NCBI GenBank assembly: GCA_002633005.1
Contig: NMRA01000069.1
Span: forward strand, 1-32,278
DNA: 32,278 nt
Source: Phoronis australis
Lineage: Eukaryota > Animalia > Phoronida
Direction: 5' to 3'
Shown here: one piece after another, positions 23,179 through 32,278 of the stretch
Position numbering within the stretch: position 1 is the first letter of the stretch
Layout of the letters: the number at the start of each line of letters is the position of its first letter
Program-made: the position numbers and the translations under genes
Notes under the pieces: model-generated
The model's input: only the letters and a program-made list of their open reading frames with translations
What the model was told of the DNA's origin: nothing
The model's database searches: none

Positions 23179-24397
23179 CTAACGAGAGAAAGATTAGCAC
23201 AGTTTAGCCATTACGCTACCAACTATGCACATTCGCGTATCGCTAGGGTTATCGAACAGGCAGTCCTAACGAGATATTTCTATGGAATACGTTATCTTCC
23301 TCGTCAAGGACACATCTGTTTAATAGTAGGGAACAGACGTCAGATACAGTGTTCAACTACAAAGGAAACTGAAGTGCAGTTTGTACCTTCACTGAGATAT
23401 ACATGTATAGCACTTCAGGAGCAATGAATTGCAATTCAGAATAGTATGCAGTTAATGAGAACAACCATTTGAAACATGTGCTTAGAAGAATATAATAGTC
23501 ACAAAACTCAGTATCCCGTTCTAAGTAACTGATTTAAGTTCATTTTTGAATGTTATCTAAGATTTGTTTTTAATATTTTGAAACTTCCTCATCCAGTAAG
23601 TTAATCAAAATTAAGACATGACTTAAGTCACACTTAAGATCTACATGTATGAGTTTGAAAAAAGATGAAAAGTCATTTTAGAAAGGGCAACTGAGCTTTA
23701 AAAGCGCTAAAATAGAATCAGTGTCTGATGTCACCTGTCAATTTTATTTCGACATTTTTTACCTTGTTAATACATGTATGATTTCTTTTCAAATGTAAAC
23801 AAGGTCCCAGGTTTAATTTTCCAGTAGTTTGCCAAAGGGATACATTGACAATGATGGAATTCAAAACTCGTGTACAATCTGTCACTGTACATAAAATATG
23901 GAATGAAACAATCTATAATGCATATTTAAAACCTATCGATTACCTTTAACGAAAACAGCGAGATAAAATGGTCTTAAAAATAAACTTCTAAAATCGCAAC
24001 ACCACCCAGATGTCTAAATTTAATTACAAATAAATGGGTCATTTTTATGTTTACTACTAATCAAATGAGGATTTTAAGTTTTCTAAGTGTTTGGAACGAA
24101 AGAGTATTTAGAGGATGGTAACGTTGTGTTAAAACGCATGGTGAAATGCATTTGAAGGATTTGTGAGACAACTAATGAGCATTGCAGAACAATACATGTA
24201 GCAATATTACCTAGTTTTGTTTTAAGTTTTCCGTCATCAGAGGTACTTATAACCGAAACTCCATAACGTACACACTGCATAAAGGCAACAGTTGAGCAGA
24301 AAAACTCCCCGCCGCCAACATCCCGCCTCCTCACATGCCACAAATTTGCTCCACGTTATTGCACGTTAATAAAGAACGTAGACTTGGAGAGTCTTAA

Positions 24398-27300
24398 GAG
24401 CAATTCCATATAAAAACCAGATGGTGGGCTATATATACAAAATCACCAATTTCTTTGAAACTTAGCACATCAGCTGGCCTTGTCAAATGAAACCCGAGCC
24501 TGAATTTTTAAGAGTTTCCGAGTTTTTTAACCCTTTTTACCACTTTGTACTTTTTCCGAAAAATAGCAAATAATAGTACTTGGAAGTAGGTAACTTTTTG
24601 TCGGCAACAACACATCATCGCTTCACGCTATAGAAAAAAATAACTATATAGCAGAAAGAAAAAAGAATAACGTACAAGAAAAACTAGTTCGGATGGATTT
24701 TTTATGTTCTCCCATTTTAGCCTACAATATATCATTTTCACTGCTTATTATTAAACCCATTTTTACGCATTTTTATCACTTTCCCAAATCTATATCGGAT
24801 TCTTTTGGAACATGAGTTAACTTCCATCTGTTACTGCTGTCTTTGTTCAGCCCAACGCAAGAATAAAAAATCTTGTCTCTTTCATAGTTTTGTGCTGTCA
24901 GTTTTTTACATAACTCACTTACACAATTTTCTGCCAATCTGTGACTGTCAGTTTGATTAAAAGACTCTAGGAGGCACTACTCGATCGTGCAATTATGTAT
25001 CGACCAAGATGTCAAATATAACAAATATCATTAGATTTGCTACATTAGTGACGAAGGAGATCATGGGAAGCTGTATGAGAGATTTTTTCTTCGCGGATTT
25101 TCAGTTTTGCTGGTGCAAAAATAAAAATTTGTTATAGGATTACAGAAATCAAAAAAGTCAATTTTAATTTACTTATGAGTTAATAATACAACCCCATCAC
25201 CATCTCATACTTCAGAGAAGCACTTGTTATTCTTATTAAGGGTGCCCATTACCCATTGCTTGGCCAGTTTTCAAACACCGTAACTGACTAAGAATCCCAC
25301 GCACTGCCTGCAGTGCATGCTGGTCCATTTTCAGACCTCCTGGACAAAACCGTGTATATGCGCATGAAAAAGTCCTCTAAAACTAATAGCAAAGTTCATA
25401 CTAAAACTAATCAAGATCACACGTGAAAAGAGGACGGTGGATACTAGGAGAACTGTCGTGTTATTGGACATACAAAGTGTCACGCAATGCTTCTTGTACT
25501 GCACAATAGCGGCCGAGCATGGTGGCAGTGCGCCAGCCAGTCTGAGTGGAATTTGCAATTTCAGAAAAATAATAGGTACGGATATTTACGATTGAAAACA
25601 TAATACTTTCAGTGATATCCAAGATACCGGCTTTCCAAACCAGTATTTAAGCAATTGGATGTTGTTGCGACTTACCAGCTAAAACTTTCACAATATGTAA
25701 ATTCCTTTCATACGACGGTCTCAAAACCACAGTTTCTTGAAGGCATGCTAGGTTTAGTGTATGATGCATTTCTACACAACACTTCAAAAAAACTGCATTC
25801 TGTTTGAAGAAAACAAGAGCTACTGAAACACAAAATCTTTTTATTTTGCTCAGTACACATGTCTAAGATAGATGTTTCTCAAAACTAGATAGTCACTCCA
25901 ATAAAAATCTCAGTAGTTTCAAGAGAATCAAACATGTAAAAAGTATGCTTTACGAGTCTCAAACTGAACATAAAACAAAAAACGCTAGTAAAAAGTGACA
26001 GAAGATTTCAATGTTGACGATCAGTGGCTTGGATTATTTTCCCCAAACAGCCACCACTCAAATCTCTCCCCCATGGAAGCCCCTAATTTGCGTCATCTTC
26101 CATTGTTTTCCAACTTCGCCCAGGGTGGACCTCAGTCCCCTAGCTACGATAATGATGACCACAGCAATATCGTAAGAATAGACAACAACTAAACCATGTT
26201 CATAATTTCCTACAGTTTATGATGATAACTCATTCGTGACTTCAAGCTCCAACTCATTCATTGAGGCAAACTCGTGGGCAGCAGCAGCATCACCATCTTC
26301 AATATTCTGAATACTTCCGACTCGAGACGCGCAACCATACGGGAAAAAATCAGCAATCTGCTACTCCGACCGCCAATCTTCAGAGGAGAAAAATTTCTTT
26401 GCTTATTCCTGGCTTCTCGCATCATCTTTACAACCTCAGCTGAGTGTTGTTTTCTGCCTGACTGTTCACCTTCAGAAAATATATCACTGGGTTAAGTCTT
26501 TACCTTCTAAGAGACGCGGACTGCTTTTCTAGTACTTTTCAGGGCCAATCCTGCGGCGACTTGATCAACAACGTAAACGGCAGACAACTCAGGTGATGAT
26601 ACAGCTGTGGTAGTAGATAAAATCTCAGATTGTCGTGAAATGTGGTCGAACTGAGTCTCGTTCTGGAGGGATGATGAATGAGCACCAACATCCAAGTGCT
26701 CATTTAGCTAAGCATCTGTAGGAAAAGATTTCGAGCACCCATAGTGTGTGCATGTGAACTTCGTATAACGTTCACGGGATACCAGCCCCGACTCAACCCT
26801 TGGAGTTGTAAAACACTCGAGTGTTGCAAGGTCAAGACTTTTCAGAGGCAACAGTTTACATGACTTGTTGATGACAAGTTTTCCCTCCCCTACTCTATGG
26901 GCCTTCCATGCTCGAATGCCATCTACGGAATACTCAAAGTTTGTCAGCAAACTTATCCCTGGGATACTGTGCTTGGGAAGGACCTTTGGGGCATTCATAC
27001 TACAGGACGGCACCTAACAGCCTTTGACACTTCCCCTAGACTCTAGCGCATGTTTCAGGTCAACTGCATTTTGAACGTTGTTGACTTCATTGACGAAGTA
27101 CTTGGCATGGGACTTCAAGGGTGCGATTTTCCTGTCACAGAGGTCTTTTCCCTTCTGACTTTCACTGAAGTCGAAGCGCAGAATGGACATGCGGGTATTA
27201 CCAGATATGTAGAACAAATCAACCAGAAGGGCGACTGAATGGCAACAATTGGCATTGCCGGAGCGTAGGAAAGCTTCCGTTATTTGTGGAACCCTAGCTT

Positions 27301-27450
27301 TCACCTGCCTTAGCACATCTAGTGTTAAACAGCAAACAGTGAAAAAGTCTTGCTTACAGGCATCTAGAGTATGGATGTAAGTATGTACCTGAAATACAAT
27401 AATTATGTAACTCAAATAAGTCAGTTAGTTTAAAGAACTATCTTATTATA
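24398..27450 (-). mobile_element. Sola3-like DNA transposon (one arm), interrupted by CAG copy 2
   Basis: TTAA (24394-24397) followed by GAGCAATTCCA fits the Sola3 GAG terminus and TTAA target. An adjacent transposase reads toward this end. The other end is not in the window. Confidence 0.75.
26200..27388 (-). pseudogene. Sola3-type DDD transposase, C-terminal exon, inactivated
   Basis: After a TATTTCAG acceptor it reads AFLRSGNANCCH (catalytic D to G relative to RSDNAGCYH), RFDFSESQKGKDLCDRKIAPLKSH and IPGISLLTNFEY..GIRAWKAH. A C2H2 motif (CTHYGCSKSF..*LNEHLDVGAH) and GLALKSTRK follow, with several stops. Confidence 0.8.
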
Positions 27451-29170
27451 CAGCACACATCACGAATTTTTGGCCGCCCGGTCGGAAATTGGTCGACGAC
27501 TAGCCGTCGACCGGTCGGCTAATTTGCCGACCGGTCGGCTAAAAATTAGCTGACAGGCAGCCGCCCCCAGTGCCGACTCATAAGGCGACTCCCCAGCCGA
27601 GCCTTCAGCCGACCCTTCAGCCGACAGGCCATCAGCCGACCAGCTGGTCGGCTGCTATTTTCAGGCTAGAGTAGCAGTTACGTAATAGGTTGTCAGGCTG
27701 ATACCACCTTGCGTTTCGATGCATATTCGTCTTAGCACAGGGTCAAATAAATTAACCTAGTTTTACTGTCTGGGTTACATGAGTTCACGTCGGTTGTGTA
27801 ATACCACTAATTCGAAGGTTGAACGCAAGCGGTAATAGTAAACATTGGATTATGGACAATGCAACAAGTTTTGGATGAAAAACGTGTAAGTTTTCTTTAC
27901 ATTTGATCTTTAATTTGACTCGTGACGTTAACAAGATTCATTAGAGCGGTTGCTTCCCGGTCAATACAACGCTGTAGTCATTTTGTAAACGCTGCTATTT
28001 TAGCAGTCTTCACCCGCAGTTGATTTCAAGTTGTTTGTGTAACGCCAATCTGCATCTTTTTGCGTTTTTTAAGTTATTCACCGATATCCTGTCACGCGCC
28101 CATGATGATGGATTAGTGAGTGAGTTCTTACACCGCGAAAAGCTCTCACTCCAGGGCATTTATTTTCATAGTATTGACCCTTGCAGTACAGACGCGAAAT
28201 CACGCTCCAGTATGCCCTAAACCCACGGACTTCGATGGCTCTAACTACGAAATCATACTATGGTTACGATTTCCACGAACTAAGACGGTGACATCACCAC
28301 TGTTGAGGCTACAGCAAAGTAGCCTTGCGCATTCCGTTTTCAATGTATCGGTGACGTTAAAATCTGGGCTAGCAGTTACATGAATACACGTAGTCCCCTA
28401 TCAGTTGGTCGTTCACGTTGTTCCAAAAATAAATATTTTCTGTCAACAACATATTGACAAATTATGCAAAATAAAACAATTGTGAACGGCAAGAGGTGAA
28501 TACGTGGTGAAGAGGTATTTGTCTCTATGCGGCATATGTGCGTGAAACATTGGTAAAGCGATTGCGACGGCAAAAAATGATAGAAAATACACAAAGGTGC
28601 ACTTTTGAGAAGCAAACGTCTGGTGATCTCGATAGCATACATGTATGATCTGGCCACCTCAGGTAGTAAGTGACGCTGAATGAGAAGTGGTAACTACATG
28701 TTTGGCGCGAAAATAAAAAGATCATGCTTGTATTGCCAGCCACCCCCCTCCCCGAATTTTGCGCATTCTAATAAGTCACCACTCGAGATTTGGTTCCGTT
28801 TCAGTCCTAAAATCGCATAATAATTCTGTGCTCAGCTGTAAGAAAAAATACAAGTTTTTGAAAAGGTGCTCAGTCTCAATAAAATTTCCAGCATGAGAGC
28901 GCTTTGATCAGAAATGCCAAGCACACGCAGAGTTGTAAGACAGAGACTTTGGCGTTTCCGTATGTCCACAAAAGTGTTTTGAGCAGTGTGTACAAATTTG
29001 TTCATTTCGCTTTTCTGCACTGACGATTATGATCGACACGGTGTTTTAACTACAGTTTTGAGTGCATTTTCAAAAATAAATGTTTGGTTGGTGAATTCAG
29101 CGAGTCGGTGCCCACAGGCAGGAAAACGTATCTGCGTAAATAAAGAGTTGCGTTTTCAAAACATTCAGAG

Positions 29171-29349
29171 CATGAGCTCAAGGACTACCTGAGACAGAAA
29201 ATAAAACCGATTACCAAACAGAAACTTGTCCAATGAATATATAGCTCTTGGAAAACTGTTACCCCGAAGAAATGTGCAAAATACGAACGTCGTTTACGAA
29301 AGATTGTACCAGAAGTGATTCGTTGCAGTGGGGCCGCACGGGATAGTAA
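29171..29349 (+). pseudogene. Tc1/mariner-type transposase C-terminal fragment (copy 2)
   Basis: Nearly the same peptide and the same TGA stop as 9075-9253. Confidence 0.72.
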
Positions 29350-30556
29350 AAACACTGTGCTGTGCACTAGTTACCTGAATGGAAAGCTGAAGCGGAAAAA
29401 TCCAGAACACACATTTTCTATTCAGGAATTGAAATTTCTGTAGAAAAAAAAAACAATTGGCAACCAGGATTTATTGCGTTAGAAAACTTTTCAAGCCCGG
29501 AGAGAATTATTTTCATGCCCGGAGACTACGTGATCACCCATTATGCAATGATGTCAATCCAGCGTGTACCTATACCTTGGTATCTATTGTGAAACGTGGA
29601 TTAGACGAAAGAAATTCAACCCCATTTCGAAGATAATATGTCTGTTGTCGGCGAGAGGTTGAACATATAGCCCTTGTTTAGTATAGTACGGACAGTATCA
29701 CTTTGAAAGATCAATGCTTCGGGATGGTGACGTGGTGTTCTGGCGTGAAAGTTACTGACATGGTGAGCTTTTGAACCTGACTTGTTAAATTTTCAGTTCG
29801 GTCGTATCTTATTTTGATCCTGAAGTGAAGAATTTTTGGTCCTCACTTGATCATTTATAGGTGTTGATGTGATAAATTTTCAGTCTTGACGTGGTGAATT
29901 TGGTCTTTATTTGCTCTTTGGTCTTCTGTGTGAAAACAATCTCAATGTATTGGATTGTTTTAATTCCTGCTTAAGTAAAATGTCTGGTTTTGAGATATTT
30001 ATTTTTGGTCCTGGGGAGTTTGCATGTTTTGCTTGGTTTTAATCATGCATAGAAAAGATATGTCGTTAAATGTTTCAAATTAAGCCTCCCATGAATGGGG
30101 GGAAAGCAGGTTGTGTAGCATCGTACTATGTAACTTCTAATATAAGTCTAGGTGTTCGTGATTTAGTAATACTATGGAAAATGAGTAGTTATGACTATGA
30201 AAAATGAGTAGTTGAGGCTTCTTTTGAAATACTGTATCCTTTGTATATGCCTGGTGTACATGGCTCAGTGTGTTATTATCTAAGCTTTATTATACTCTAT
30301 GGCTTAACAACTATATATCTTCATTCATGCTTGTAAAAGAGGTACTCCCAGGAACATCAAGCATGTGTATGTTTTTATTCTAATGAGGCGTGCTTCGAAT
30401 GTACAATTAGTAATTATACTTTTGCAGTGGTTCATAACAAACGGATTCATTAAACCCAGTAAATATTTTTGCAACTGCTGACTCTGCATATCAGACGTGC
30501 ATATTGCATCATACCTCATCAGAGTAAAACTTGTTATCAATCATAGTAGAAAAAAT

Positions 30557-31030
30557 NNNNNNNNNNNNNNNNNNNNNNNNNNNNNNNNNNNNNNNNNNNN
30601 NNNNNNNNNNNNNNNNNNNNNNNNNNNNNNNNNNNNNNNNNNNNNNNNNNNNNNNNNNNNNNNNNNNNNNNNNNNNNNNNNNNNNNNNNNNNNNNNNNNN
30701 NNNNNNNNNNNNNNNNNNNNNNNNNNNNNNNNNNNNNNNNNNNNNNNNNNNNNNNNNNNNNNNNNNNNNNNNNNNNNNNNNNNNNNNNNNNNNNNNNNNN
30801 NNNNNNNNNNNNNNNNNNNNNNNNNNNNNNNNNNNNNNNNNNNNNNNNNNNNNNNNNNNNNNNNNNNNNNNNNNNNNNNNNNNNNNNNNNNNNNNNNNNN
30901 NNNNNNNNNNNNNNNNNNNNNNNNNNNNNNNNNNNNNNNNNNNNNNNNNNNNNNNNNNNNNNNNNNNNNNNNNNNNNNNNNNNNNNNNNNNNNNNNNNNN
31001 NNNNNNNNNNNNNNNNNNNNNNNNNNNNNN
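30557..31030. other. Assembly gap
   Basis: Run of N, corresponding to ~10442-11117 of copy 1. Confidence 1.
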
Positions 31031-31865
31031 CGTTCTCCCTCGAGGTTACGTAAACGTCACAACAAATGATCAGAATTGGTTTCACTTCATTATATGTTTT
31101 TGGAATTTTGATATCAGTGAACCGAATTTTAGAACAAATTTTGCTGAGATGTGTTCATCATCTAATGGGAGATGTTGAAAACATTTTGGAAGTGGCGCGT
31201 GTCACAATGAACTTTTTTCAAAACGACGATATACGTTTTTTCGTTAAAAAAGGCAGAGAATTACGCAAGAAGATGACGTCGGATGTTTCTCACTTAAACG
31301 GCCGTAACGGGCAACTTGAATGCCAATTGACTTCCAGATTTTGCATACACACCCGCCAGTCTTGAGCTCATGTTGATACAAGCTATTCGACGAGGTGACA
31401 AACGTAACTATCCGGGCTGTGTGATGTATCGAGGTCTGTTTCGTCTCAATAAGCAGTGGCACCTTGCTGTTTTTTTTAAAATAGTCTTCATGCAACTAGC
31501 TGGCAACATAGGAAGGCTCTAGTTTCGAAAAGATGTTTTACTGCGAAAGTGACAACAATTTCTGAATGATGATTGATGATGGATGACACTATAAACCGAT
31601 CAGTCTTCCGTTTTCATGCGCCCATGATTTAATGTCGGCGCTATGTTCAAACCATGGTTTATGTTGTTTCTAAAATAAAATTGGGTTATATTGCTGTACC
31701 AACATATTAAGAAATTATACAGAAATGAGCAATAATTATCTGTGGTAAATCGCAATATACAACGTGATGAAGTGATCAACAAGAGCAATTTAACAGCTTA
31801 TTATTTAAAATGACTTATTCTTGTTAAAATTACATAGGCAAAAAATTGAATTTCGGACCTAAAAA

Positions 31866-32069
31866 GCGAGGCCCCCTATATTAATATAGAAGGCCCCGCC
31901 GAAAGGTGGCCGGAGAGCGGCGCCCTAAATTAATATAGAGGGCCCCGCCGAAAGGAGGCCGGAGAGCGGGGCCCCTATATTAATATAGAAGGCCCCGCCG
32001 AAAGGCTGCCGGAGAGCGGGGCCCTCCTATATTAATATAGGTACCCCCCCGAAAGGCTGCCGGAGAGCG
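31866..32069. repeat. GC-rich ~50-bp minisatellite, 4 units with palindromic core
   Basis: The core CTATATTAATATAG starts at 31876, 31925 (1 mismatch), 31975 and 32027. Each is followed by CCGAAAGG.GCCGGAGAGCG. Confidence 0.95.
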
Positions 32070-32278
32070 AAAAATTTTGAAGCAATTGGGCATCACGAAC
32101 AGCATGCTTCTTGTGACATCTATTTGCATCATAAAAATGGCCACCAGATGGCGCAAAACATGTCAACTCCATCCGAAAACAGAAACATCGTTTCTTTAAT
32201 ACAAAGTATTTACCAATTTCCATAAAAATCTGTCAAGAAACTATAGAGAAACAAAGGAAGACCAGAAAAAATGGAATG

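Larger units (their letters stand above)
27451..31789. mobile_element. CAG..CTG TIR element, copy 2 (lacks the ISL2EU; alignment breaks at 31790)
   Basis: Colinear with 7420-10441, 11118-11163 and 14074-14769. It begins exactly at the TIR, after TA. Confidence 0.93.

Noticed and set aside
7420-31789. Segmental or tandem duplication or haplotype mis-assembly explaining the large repeats
   Set aside because: Similarity begins exactly at the TIRs, the flanks are unrelated, and the copies have many differences and distinct nested insertions.
31866-32069. Hammerhead or other ribozyme array
   Set aside because: GAAA is present but there is no CUGANGA core in the units.

Overview
This is AT-rich, intron-containing eukaryotic DNA, probably from a marine invertebrate judging by the transposon families (inferred). 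It has two N gaps (12032-12559, 30557-31030), and I found no intact host gene. The window is a stack of nested mobile elements. A ~5.1-kb CAG..CTG inverted-repeat element occurs twice: 7420-15404 splits a Gypsy gag, and the copy from 27451 sits in a Sola3 transposase intron. An ISL2EU-like element (GGGG termini, AT TSD, THAP and SAP relics) also occurs twice: 11164-14071 inside the first CAG copy, and a right arm ending at 1644. Other elements are an EnSpm-like end with palindromic repeats, a 6-bp-TSD element splitting a decayed C2H2 zinc-finger array, CR1-group and Academ fragments, and a second Gypsy remnant with LTR and PBS. A lectin-like transmembrane pseudogene and several tandem repeats are also present. 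The most notable signal is that the split gag frame is restored only if the CAG element made no target-site duplication (TA|TA insertion). All family calls come from motif recognition by eye, not from database searches.
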